From: Laetmonice hystrix
Lineage: Eukaryota
Assembly (NCBI GenBank): GCA_965235115.1
Contig: OZ249441.1
Coordinates: forward strand, 23,560,001-23,624,000
Direction: 5' to 3'
Length of the DNA stretch: 64,000 nucleotides
Shown here: positions 32,493-46,200 of the stretch, one piece after another
Numbering within the stretch: position 1 is the stretch's first letter
Layout: the number at the start of each line of letters is the position of its first letter
The notes under the pieces: generated by a model
The model's input: the letters and a program-made list of their open reading frames with translations, nothing else
Databases searched by the model: none
Told to the model about the DNA's origin: nothing
Position numbers and translations under genes: made by a program

Positions 32493-34218
32493 CTGATTTT
32501 TGTTAAGGAACACAAATTAGCCTTACATGTTAAGCGTAAGAAAGTAATTTTCTTGCATTTAAAATACAGTACACCGTGAAATTGTTATATATTTAGGGTG
32601 AGATTGAAATTTTGTGAACGTTTCAGGCATGTAATAATTACGTTCAATTTTGGGAAAATAAGAATTTCATGATAAATACATTTTATAAGAGGTCTAAATA
32701 AGAATCTCCTGAAGTTATTTGGTTAACAATGCCGGTGTTGTTTTAAAACAGGCCTGTTCATTCAAACGAAGCCTTCCCCCCCCCCCTGAAATCTCCCATT
32801 CCATGCCTGTCGCTTCCTATCCATTCATCCAAGATTTCACAATTTATCCACACAATGTATTCTTACAACAGATACAGGTATCAAGAACTCTGACCTGTAG
32901 GACAAAATTTCTGAATAAATAACATTTGTTACACTGGGATTTACATTATGTCGATTCTAAGTCCCTGGCAGGTCTGGGGTCTGCGGCACAAAACTATATA
33001 ATAAATGGACTACAGGGTAATAGGCTCCAGCTAAATACATGCATCTGTATTTTATGTTAGATATAGCTTGTAACTGAGTACTTCTGAAGGACTTTTTCTG
33101 GTCCATCCCGTATTATCCCTGGTAATTCAGTGGTTCTATATTTTGGGGCAGAATAATGCCAAATTGTTCTCAATGCCAAACTAGTAAAATATGATTCCAG
33201 ATATGTATTTCCTAGTTTCGAATAGTTCTCTTCAGCTAATACATCTTTGCTCCGAACTGTTCAGTCATACTGATAGCAACTGATACTGTTAAATAGTAAA
33301 ACAACTCTTATAATCTTCATATGATACAAATCTAAATGCCTCGTTGAATACCTAACTACTGAACAGATAGCCGGATGGAGAACATTGACAACTTTTAATA
33401 CTGGATGTATGCACGTTTGCAGAACATCTGCTGGATGTTGCTTTTTTCCGACATGGCTATCATATTCCGTCTGTTCCATATCCTAATCCAGACCAACTAA
33501 TTCCCTCAGCACACACACTTGTTGTAAGGATGGCGTTCATTGGTCAGACGTCAGACTCTGCCATTGGTCCATGGTCAACATGACCCTGGTGCATCAGCCT
33601 ATGAAGTTATAATGAACTGCCACTGTCCAAACCGACCCACTTCAGGGGTTGCCGGTTGTCAGTGTATGTCACAAGGTTTGGTACAATCATCCTTCCAAGT
33701 GACCAGCACACTCACAACACATGACCTCCATGCCTGACTTTATTGGGGTTACAACAGGAATCTCTTAACTTCACAATCACACCTGCAGATGCTTATGGCT
33801 TTCAATTTTCATTTCAAGACGAAAATCTTGAAAGAAATTATGGACAACCAGGCAGTGTTACCAACCATCTGGAGTATTTTTTCCAGAAATTTGGGGTATA
33901 TTTTACGCTTCCTTTCCAAAAACCTCCAAAAGTAGAACAGTACTTTTAGAATCCTAATAAAAGACCTGTTTCTAACTACATACATGTATACTTCTGGAAG
34001 ATGAGTATGCAAATTTGAGGTTCTCCAAATTGGCAACACTTTTGCAGTTTAGAATTCACAAATAATAAACACCATTCATTATGAGAGTACAAATTTGAAC
34101 AGGGCAGATTTATAATCTGGTATCACTCTATTTTGTAACGAGAGTGATATATCTCTTACAGGTAAACGTCTGTTTATATTTTAACTCTGTCACAGCAGCA
34201 GCAGTGGAGGGAACTGTT

Positions 34219-37200
34219 TTATGGTTCACGGGCGTCCGCCACCCCTTCAGGTACCTTTATCTCCCATCCTTCCATCTCCTTGGAAACGATCACTTGACAA
34301 CCCAATCGGGATCTGAAAAAAAAATCCACAAAAAATAATCAATCTAGCAAATTACTTTTACCGCTATATTAAGTGGCATACTTTTAGAATCTTCAATATT
34401 CTTGTGGTGATCCGATGAAAGCTATGTAACTAAATGACTTCCTTTTATTACAATATAAGAGAAACGAATAGAGCAATAAATTATTTTCATTCTGAATGAC
34501 ACCTTTGAAATGAATTCTTTTATGCATGTTAAGGTGGTTCAGTACAAGAACTAATACTCTTCTTCCTTTTATTAAATTTTTTTTAAAATTTTGGAGTTTA
34601 AAGATTGAGCCATGTACTAAATGACCTACTCGTCTGTAAGGCTGAAGGCAAGGTCGAGCATGTCAAGCTCTTCGTCTGTGGGTTTCTCTGGCAGCTTTTT
34701 GAAGTCAGCAGGGCTAAATATGAGATGACATGTGGAGCAGGCTAGGGTCCCTTCACAGGCACCTGTCAACATCCAACATCACTCAAGTTGCTAGATGTCG
34801 CAGAAGACACCAAATGTGATCACTCAGATAATGATAATGATTATGAGCAAGATTTCCACTAACTGTTAGTGGATATTTAGTGGACTTTTGTTGGTAATCC
34901 TAGATAGGCTAAATGTCAGACATTTGAAAAGTTTTCAGTACCACAGATAAATTTCAGAATTTTTTTCAGTATTACAGGAAAATTGAAACTGCTGACCCTC
35001 TGTAAGGTTTTATTCATGAATAAAAGGAACATGAATAATAATCTTTTAGTGGAAAGTACATTTCACATGTATAATTATTCAAATTGGGAATTTTTGTCCG
35101 AATACGTGAGAGCAAATTTTGGTTAATTTTCAGGACTAAAAAAAATACCACAAAATGCACTAGATTGCACCATTTTGCCCCCAAAATCAAAAATTTTTGA
35201 GGGGTGGACCCCAAGACCCCCCCCCCCCCCCAGCAAGAGAACCCCCTCCACTCCCACACCCTCCCCCGTGCTGTGCCCATAAATTGGACCCGCCTACTTT
35301 ATTTTAGGACCCACCTACTTTCAATCCTACCAAAAACCCTGATTACCATTCCCACAAACACCACCTTCATCAACATCACCATTCCCACAAACACCACCTT
35401 CGTCAACATCACCATTCCCACAAATATCACCTTAGTCAAAATCACCATTCCCACAAACACCACCTTCGTCAACATCACCATTCCCACAAAGATCCCCTTG
35501 GTCAACATCACCATTCCCACAAACATTCCCTTGGTCAACATCACCATTCCCACAAACATACCCTTGGTCAACACTCCATTCCCACAAATATCCCCTTGGT
35601 CAACATCACCATTCCCACAAATATCCCCTTGGTCAACATCACCATTCCCACAAATATCCCCTTGGTCAACATCACCATTCCCACAAACATCCCCTTGATC
35701 AACATCACCATTCCCACAAACATTCCCTTGGTCAACATCACCATTCCCACAAACATACCCTTGGTCAACATCACCATTCCCACAAACATCACCTTGGTCA
35801 ACATCACCATTCCCACAAACATTCCCTTGGTCAACATCACCATTCCCACAAACATACCCTTGGTCAACACTCCATTCCCACAAATATCATTGACAGTGAC
35901 TCAATCCACTCAATCCAACATCACTGACGTCAACGTCATCACTCCCTCCAATATCATTCACATTAAAGTCACCACTCCCTCCAACATCACTCAGGTCAAG
36001 GTCACCACTCCAACATCACTCAGTTCAAGGTCACCACTCCCTCCAATATCATTCAGGTCAAGGTCACCAGTCCAACATCACTCAGGTCACGGGCACCACT
36101 CCCTCCAACATCACCTGGGTCACCATCATCCCCCCTTCAAACGTCACCACTCCCTTAAACATCACTGTCACCACTCCCTCAAACATCACTGTCATCACTC
36201 CTTCAAACATCACTGCCATCACTCCCTCAAACATCACTGCCATCACTCCCTCAAACATCACTGCCATCACTCCCTCAAACATCACTGTCATCACTCCTTC
36301 AAACATCACTGCCATCACTCCCTCAAACATCACTTTCACCACTCCCTCAAACATCACTGTCACCACTCCCTCAAACATCACTGTCATCACTCCCTCAAAC
36401 ATCACTGTCATCACTCCCTCAAACATCACTGTCACCATTCCCTCAAACATCACTGTCACCACTCCCTCAAACATCACTGCCATCACCCCCTCAAACATCA
36501 CTGTCATCACTCCCTCAAACATCACTGTCATCACTCCCTCAAACATCACTGTCATCATTCCCTCAAACATCACTGTCACCACTCCCTCAAACATCACTGC
36601 CATCACCCCCTCAAACATCACTGTCATCACTCCCTCAAACATCACTGTCACCACTCCCTCAAACATCACTGTCATCACTCCCTCAAACAACCACTCCATC
36701 AAACATCACTGTCATCACTCCCTCAAACATCACTGTCACCACTCCCTCAGACATCACTGTCATCACCCCCTCAAACATCACTGTCACCACTCCCTCAAAC
36801 ATCACTGTCACCACTCCCTCAAACATCACTGCCATCACTCCCTCAAACATCACTGCCATCACTCCCTCAAACATCACTGCCATCACTCCCTCAAACATCA
36901 CTGTCATCACTCCCTCAGACATCACTGTCACCACTCCCTCAAACATCACTGTCACCACTCCCTCAAACATCACTGCCATCACTCCCTCAAACATCACTGT
37001 CACCACTCCCTCAGGCATCACTGCCATCACTCCCTCAAACATCACTGTCACCACTGCCTCAAACATCACTGTCACCACTCCCTCAAACATCACTGCCATC
37101 ACTCCCTCAAACATCATTGCCATCACTCCCTCAAACATCACTCAGCAACATCTATTGCTTTAGTTCCTTATCTTCACCTCATCACCACATCATCACGTCA

Positions 37201-40200
37201 GCATTTGAGAGGAATTTTGATTGAGACATTTCTCAAACATCCTCTGAGACATTTGTTTGAACAGTCAATACCTACAGATTTTAAAAAGCAAACACACATC
37301 TCAGGGTTCTCCCATGGCTTGAAATTTCGTAGTATAATAACTATGATGTAGTGTCAAGCCAACACCTAAAGGCCAGTAAGACCCGACAGCAGCAGATTAC
37401 AGGAACTAAGTCAAGGCAACGCCCACAAACGGATTCCCACGTCTGCTGGCTCAGGATGTGACGTCATGGGTGGGTAGGCGTCTGACGGATGTCGTGGCGA
37501 GTTGGTAATTAAATGGCGGATTTATACAGATAATTATCTTTATCTGATGTGGGTCAACCTCGTGTTGTCTAACAACAGCGTATTCTAACAGAGTTACTAG
37601 GTCTGGTCACCATGTTCTGAACAATGGTCTCGGGTTGAAAAAAAACATCAAACTGTGATGTAAAATGGCAGAATGTATAGGTATAAGTTATTCTGCCTGG
37701 TCTGGATAAAAAAAAATCAATGGACATCTATTTTGAAAGAATCAATAACAATTGTAAACTGTAATGCGGGACAAAAGAAATTAAATTCACAATCCGATTA
37801 CCACAATTTCTTTAGAGCTAAAAATACCAGTTCACTCCATAAACATTTTTAGCCAGAGAAGCAGATGGAAGGACAAAAAAATAATAAAGATAAAGAAACA
37901 TTTTATTTTAAGCAGGGGTCCTAAAATTAAGAGAAATACCAACAAAATATTTGATCAACAGTTATTTTTCACCGGAAGGTAACCATACTGAATAACCTTC
38001 TTCAACCCAAAATACCGGTACACAAAATGCCCAGACAAAACCAAATGAAATTGGGTGATGTTATATACTGACCAAACCCGTCAACATCGACATCGTTTTC
38101 TATGATGACGTCCAGCAGGTTATCGCCAACCTTGGCTTGCACACTTCTCTTCTCTCCGTCCGCCATCATGAAGTGAACTGTCACCCTGAAGCACAGAGAT
38201 AAACAGAAGCACTGCCTTAGCGACGTTGTTCCGGCCCCTTAAACAAACATAGTGTGCATCAGGCTGGAAGAGCTACAGCTGGGCTCTTCCCGCCAACTCA
38301 CACAGCTTCCAATCAGTCTTTAGAAAATCTATATCAGAGCTCCCACCAGCAATTCACGAAAACGATCTCAACTTGGCTCAAATGGTTTTTCCGAGGCAGG
38401 TCGGTATTTATATGAGTTTTGAGTAAATATGGTAAAGGTGTTAGGCATTTTCCTCATAAAATTCAAGCACAGCACAAGAATTAGTTCAAACTTCTTATAC
38501 AGAATTACAGCTGTTTTATAACAATGTACATGTATTGAAAACCTCGCAATTAATACCAAATCTCCAAAAGGTATGCTAAATCACAAACGTTAAACCTTTA
38601 AACCTTCACAATGCCAGAAAGCCTAGATTGTAATACCACGGATGATATTTGTTTTAGATCTGTTGATTCACCAAGGGAATGATCAATGACAATATGAACA
38701 ATTTGTCTCAAATCTTAAATCAAAAGTACGGAGATGGTAAAAAATGTCCAGCCTTCACTCAAGTGTTCATTTTGCTCTGTTTCCAACTTCAGTGTGTACA
38801 TCGTATTGAAACACTAATTACTAACCTACCAGGGTCACCCAGTACATTTTAACTGATAGTGTGATAGAGACCTGTACTTCTGTCCTGTTACAGTGGTGTC
38901 CGTAATACTGGTACTTCTCACAGCCCCCAGGCTTACATAGTTTCAGAGTGATACACAGAGGTTTCCCTGACTGTGACTCTGAGGCTGAGCTAGGGAACCT
39001 TTGGCATCAAGCCAGCCTGACTGCGTAATATCAACCTACTGTAGTCGGGAGGCTTAGCCAGAACTAATTAATTTCAGTAAACCTTTATCTCAAGTTCAGT
39101 TTTATTACATTTCTGTGAATTCCTGAGAGCCATCTCAATGTAGAATCTAACTGTAAACCACAAATTTTTCCAGGTGAAAGTTTTGCTTTTCTTGCATGAG
39201 GAATACACAGTATAGTAAAAATCACTACCACATCTGACTAGGTATCCATAACAGTACAATAAGAGGCTGTGGCTGACTTTGACAGCCCGGCCTTATCAAT
39301 TATAAAGCTCTCCATTCTTTCACTTGTTGACCAGAATCCCCCCATCCACCATCCTTTAACGAGGAAGACCACCTAACACAAGCAAACAACCTGGGTGCTG
39401 GGTGTGGACCGACGGATCCTGCCTTGCACGATGGCACCTTCAAAGGAAGGAATAAACTAGGACATATAATTGCTGAGGTTAGAACCACCCTCCTGCCTCA
39501 TACTTCCGGGTAATCGTTCTGATAATTGTGCTTATTCTCGCCGTAATTTCCCCCACTTTGATTTATCATACTCTCGTCAGTTATCTATTACTGAAGATAA
39601 TCACTAGTTTAGAGATCATTAGTCCCTCTGCGTCGGCGCTGACATGCACCCAACGAAACAACCCATTCACTTTCACCGATGTTCGTTCTCTCACCAATCA
39701 TGTATGTCAAGCTCAATTGTATTACGACTCAATACTTGTACTGGTGACATTGGGGAATCGAGTAGTCTATATATGGACCGCACTACAATATACAGAACAA
39801 CTGTTTTGGTGAAACTTGCACACGACTCTACATATCGCCGTCATGCCTGATACACATGTAGTACCCAAAGTTGAAGTGACGCTAGATGAGTTTAAAGAAA
39901 GAAAGGGGTTCAAAATGGTTCATCTGAATGTTAGAAGCTTATTTAAAAAGAAACATAGTATTGAATGTGATCTGCTGCACGGCAAAACAGATATTCTTGG
40001 TCTGAGTGAGACATGGTTAAAGAAGGAAATTCCCAGTAGTATGTTGGAAATGCGTGATTACTACTTAATTAGACTGGACACGCAGTACACTAATAGTGTA
40101 GGACATACTAAGACCGGAGGAGGTGTCTGTATGTACATGTATATTAGAAATAGTATACATGTACCTTATGATGATATCTTTCTTCAACATTTGAATGTTT

Positions 40201-43200
40201 CTGATAGGAACCTGGAAGCCCAGTTTGTAGTCATCACTGGGGACAATGCTAAAAAGATGATTTTAGTAAATTGTTATAGACCACCAAATGGTGTGATTGA
40301 TATTGGTATAAATATACTGAAAGAAAAGATCTGTGGTGTTAGGAATATTGATAAATATGAACTTGTTATTATGGGTGACCTTAATTTGGACTGTTCAGAT
40401 CAACAGTCTGACTCATACAAAACTGTAAATCATATTTGTGAAGAGTTTAGTTTAAGAAACTTGATTCAAACGCCTACCAGAATTACTTATGGCCACTCAA
40501 CTACCATCGATATAATTCTGACGAATGTATATACAAATTGTTGTGGGGTAATTAACTATAACATCTCAGATCATTTACCTGCTTTTATGATAAAGAAAAG
40601 ACAGAAGGTCCAACAAGAAAGAGGATTCGTTACGGGTCGATCATATAAGAACTATGTTAGAGCAGTTTACCAAGATAATCTCCAAAATCTTGATTGGACG
40701 ATCCTGTATTTACTGAACGATCCCAATGTTGCGTGGAACATGTTATATAAAGCTATTCTATTGAAGCAAATAAGTTGTGTCCTAAAACAAGATTTAAAGT
40801 GAGTTTTAATAGACCAACTTGGTTATCTTTGGAGTTACTTGAAATTGCTAGGGAAAGAGATATACATGTAGCTGCTAAATACGCGCGAAGAAGGAAAACT
40901 GAAGTTTCTTACAGACACGCTAGGAATCTAAGAAATGAATATAACCGTGGAGTTCATCAGGCCAAATGTGAATATATAAAAGATCAGCTCGAAAGACACA
41001 ATAGTGACCAGAAGAAATTCTGGGCTTCTATAAGAAATATAATGCCTAGTAAGGATGTTACCAAATGTATTCGTGAGGTCATTAACCCAGAGACAGGCCA
41101 ACTGTGTAATGAAAAGGATTCCGTAGACGTTATTAACACCTTCTTTACCAATGTCGGGCCCAACCTGAATAGGAAACTTCCTCCTTCCGTAGATCCTCTT
41201 ACCCTATCGGAATCAGATGTATCTATAGATGATATCTCGTTATTAAGTAATGAAGATGTCAGTAACTTGGTTAAAAACATTAATATATATAAGTCTTCTG
41301 GTTTGTCAGACATCAGTAGCAGATAATTAAAGGATGGTTTTCTAGTTTTATTAGACCAACTTAAATTTGTAATGAATTTATCTCTCAGTACAGGTATTTT
41401 TCCCGATGCGTGGAAAATGGCTACTGTCATGCCAATTCCTAAAAGTGGTGATCTAAGTAATGTAAATAATATAAGACCAATCTCACTGACGGCCCTTCCA
41501 GGTAAACTTTTGGAGCGACATGTCCATTCCAAACTAGTATCTTTTCTTGAAGACAATCATTTACTATATAACAACCAAGGCGGCTTTAGGAAAAACAAAT
41601 CAACAACTCAGACAGTGTATCGATTAATTACTGACATAGCTAATGCTAAAAATAATGATAACTATACAATTGCAGTATATCTCGACGTGGCTAAAGCTTT
41701 CGATTCCATAAACCATGAGTTACTCTTACGGAAATTGCACAAGATTGGAATAAGGGGTATGTATTTAAATTGGCTAAAAAGTTACATGAATGATAGGAAA
41801 CAGGTTGTAATTAATGGTGGTCAAAGATCCAATGAACAGCGAGTAATATGTGGCGTACCCTAGGGGTCAATTTGGGGACCTTTGCTCTTTATTATTTATG
41901 TGAATGATCTGTGTAGGGTAACCACGACGTGTAACCTACTACTTTCGGCAGATGACACAGTAATGTACCATAGTGACAAATGTATACGAAATCTGTATAA
42001 TACTGTACAAAAGGACCTAGATATGGTTGTAAACTGGTTTTCATTTAACAAACTAAGTATAAACTCTAGCAAAACTAAAGTTACCCTATTTGATAAATCC
42101 TTAGAACATGTATTAGCGATTGTTCCTTACACATATTAGGAAATATACTGAAACAGACAGACCGATGTGAATACTTAGGAATAATAGTTGATGATAAATT
42201 GTGTTTTAAATATCATAAAAATAAATGCTCCTCTAGAGTAAATGATAAAATATTTCAGCTGAGGAAGATCAGAGGGTGTATAACCACGAACTGTGCTTTG
42301 AATATTTACAAAACGATGGTACTACCTTTATTTGAATATGGTAGGATTTTCCTAAGCTCATGTACTGACGCTGAACGGGCGAAGTTGCAGATTACTGCCA
42401 ACCTCTTACCTTTAAAACTTAGAAGGGAAATTGCTTTAATTAAAATTATGTTTAGTGAACTGCACAATAATGTTGGTGTGGATATAAGGGATTTAAATAC
42501 TAGGATTCATGATGGACCTGTTATGTATGTAGCCAAACCTAACTCTACCAAATTTACTAAGTCCGTTGCGTATAGGGGTCTAATAGCATGGAATAAACTT
42601 GACACAGAACTTCGTAACTTAACTGACAAGAAAGAATTTATATCCAGTATCAAGTTGTATTTCTGGGATTTGTATAAAAATCATGATATTATTTGAGCAA
42701 AGTATGCTATTGATATAATAAGCCTACCATGTTATTTTTTCCACTCCATTGCCCATTATCATCTCATCATTTCTATAGGTTGTTAAAACTATATATAAAT
42801 CTATCAGGGCACAACTTTAACTTCGGTTTTTGACCGTGTTGTGTATTATTTTCCTGAATAAAGATGTTCACCAAAAAAAAAAACCACACATGGGCATCTG
42901 TACTCTATTAGTCTACCAGGGCCTGCTGTTGTCTTGAGTCTTGACTGTATTTTTGTAACGCTGACCGCAATCATTTCTTACACTTGTAACCCTACTTTAA
43001 CATTACGACAGGTAGTTTATACAGACTGATATTTGAGCTCATCATCTAGGATATTGTATCTCAGGCTACAGTTTAGGTACACATACGTGCTGGAAAACAA
43101 CAACATTTACAACATTGATATCACCCTTTGTCAGTCACACATTTTCTTTCTTCCATGAGATCTTAGAGCACAGCAATTGTTTCATAAACACCACAATATC

Positions 43201-46200
43201 AAAAACCAAGACTTTCACATTAAAGGAGAAGTCCAGTCAAAAATCACTTGGTCGAGTCTCACGAATTTGGCCAAATTAGCGTTATGTGTGGTCAGCAGGA
43301 AACATCACAAAAACTACTTCCTCTGATCTCATCTTCATCTGATTTGATCTTCAATTTCTTCTAATTTGATCTTCATCATCATTCATATAAGATTGTTAAC
43401 AGGAATTACTTCCCTTGCCAATGTGACAAAGCAGATGATGTACTTTTGTGAAATTTTCTGCTGACCACACGTAACGGAAATTTGGCCAAATTCGTGAGAC
43501 ACGACCACTTGGACAGCTGCAAGGCCTCTATATATCGGGTGGATAAAAAAAAACGCCCCGAACTTTAAACTTTAATATTTCAAAAACTGTGCATTATAAT
43601 TCAATAAAATTTCTCTTAATATCACTTCATGATATTATCTCTGGTATGTTAAAGTTTCAGCTCAATAGTTTCTATATTGATCCCGTGGCGCTAAAAACTA
43701 AAATCAGTGTCCAAAAAGGCAATGCCGGAATTAGGTCAAATATCATGCAGCTGCCAGGTGCCCAATTTGACACCTGTTTGATGCACCGCGTTGTACCTTG
43801 GGTAAAAACATTTTCAATATTTAGTTTTTGCATGTTTTACAATATGTATAATGTTGTGGACCACTAGATATAATAAATTATGTGCTATTCCTAGTACTTC
43901 TAGAGAAAAACAGATGTTTAATGTGCCAAACCCTACAGAGAAACTGCAACATTAGGACGATATGACTGTAACCAAAAGTTCAAGGGAAATCGTATCATTA
44001 TCACGTTTAGCAACACATATAGAACGTTGCATATTTCCCAATGCTGGGAAGATATTTCCCTATCAGAGATCAGGAAGTGCATTGGCTCATGGAAAAAGAG
44101 ACTGAGAGCAGTATGAAGTGAAAACGGGGGACCGATTGACCACCTACTCGAGTGTGAGGCCAGGCACTCTGGGTGCGACTACACGTCGTTTTAGCACGGC
44201 ATTGCGCTTTTGTACAATGATTTTTGTTTTTAGCCCCGCGGAAATATTATCCAAGCTATTGACTTGTAACATTAACAAATAAGAGACAACATCATGAAGT
44301 GATATGAAGAAAAATTTCATTGAATTACAATCATTACTTTTTGAAATAATGAAGTTTAAAGTTCGGGGCGTTTTTTTTTATCCACCCGATATATACTCAC
44401 CTTTTAAAGTAGTGGTTGGAAATAAATGTCCCCCTATTCCAAGAAGTCATATATTGAACATGACTATTGGGCTGACCGGAAGTGACGTTCCAGAGCTAAT
44501 CTATTGCATGCCAGGGCTAGGCTATACTAGGCTAAAGGCAGCTGAGGCGGACCCGTGGCAAATCGACGGGGGTCAGTCCCACAGTCACAGTCACAACTAA
44601 ATGCAGCAGATCTGTGCTGACCATGCTGACACTAGCTGCCATTGCTCGCGGTCATAGTCAGAGTGGCGCCAGGCCTCAGGGGCCATGAGCTCCCGTCAAC
44701 ATCACACGCATGCACGAATCAGAGTGTGACGAATGCAGGCGGCTGAAACCGACGGCTGCCCAGATCCGTGTCCACCCTGATATGTCCCCTGACATCGGTA
44801 GGCTTTTCCTCGCCATTCCTCATCACTATCGATGGTTTTCGTCTATGTTCTAACAAATTTTGCTTATAAGCTGTCAACGTTCGCTGCCTTCCAAATCGAT
44901 CAACGCAACAGGTGCATCAGCTTTTTTCCTCCTAAACTGGATAGCAGTCGTGCTGCGCATGCTCGCCTAGGGCGATCATGCGCAGTTTGAGATCAGCCCA
45001 AGGAGCAGACGGTAATGACAGCCTTCACCAGCTGATCAGGTTGTAAGAACTTAAGCCTCTGGCACTAATTGCCTATATTATATCTTAACCATCTGAGCAC
45101 CAATTGTGTTCAAATATTTTTTAACTTGCTTAGAATATCACGGCATGTGTGCCTCGCCTGTACAGACTGGCGATGGTCTTTTCTTTTAAGGTGGAAAACA
45201 TAAAAATCAACCTATTCCATTGGATATTTGTAGGACAAAAAAAAAAATTTGGATAAATGAGGTATGACAATGTGCTTTTACTAATGGATAGAAATAATGT
45301 CATTTTCTGAAAGATTAGAAATATCTTTGCCTTGTGTGATCATAACATTACATAAAAAAACATTTTAAAAAATTCCCAGTTCCTGGTATGTGTGCACCTC
45401 ACTTCAGTGTTTTTTTCTTGCCCTCACCTAGATTGAATTATGTGAAATGTGCTGCCACAGCGATCTAACTTTTATCAGTTCCCGGTCACTCGGTGCACAG
45501 CAGATGGCTGACGGAGCTACGGATCCGACTTGCTCGTAAACAACCGGACCGTGTGGACGTTATATTTGTCCAATAATTATAATCAAGGTCGGAATAGAAA
45601 TTTCAATACCGTGGCTCTCTATAAAAATCGATTTCATACTCCGTGGAAGAAGGTTAGTACCAAAACGAAGGCCGCCAAGTTGCGATAACGGACCTTTTCG
45701 CAGAGCGTCCAAGAATCGCTGGGCCAGCGTCACTCGACAACTAAACAGTGTTCTGGAAGACACAGTTTAGAAACTGAACTAAGGCTGGTTTAAAAAAAAC
45801 TCCAAATGGTCATGGATCCACTCCTGAAAATTCTGGACCTTGCCCCTCCCCAACTGACACTGTGACAGGTCTTGATCTGCACCCCCCCCCCCCCCCCCAG
45901 CCCACACCTCCACCCCAACCAACTGAAAATTTTGGATCAGCCGCTGCCCTGACTAGCGAGTCACCCCACTGCACTGGCACTGCAGTCAGTGCAATATCAC
46001 CAGTCAGTGCCAGTGGCGACTGTTGCAGACTGTGGACAGTGTGGTGGGGGCGTGGGCCCCCTACGCCAGGCCCAGGGCGACGGTCGGGAGTGGGGACTTC
46101 ACCGTTCACTCACTGGCACTAAGCAGTAAGCTGATGACTTACTTGTCTTTCTGTGGGAGTGGTTTGGCTGAACAGAACCTCCTGTGAATACCGCCGAGTT

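Noticed and set aside
35596-37224. 542-aa His/Cys-rich ORF (HHCHHSLK)n and the antisense Met/Val-rich ORFs as real metal-binding proteins
   Set aside because: They arise from stop-free minisatellite units; the frame switches between unrelated peptide types at indels; the location is intronic and there is no non-repeat domain.
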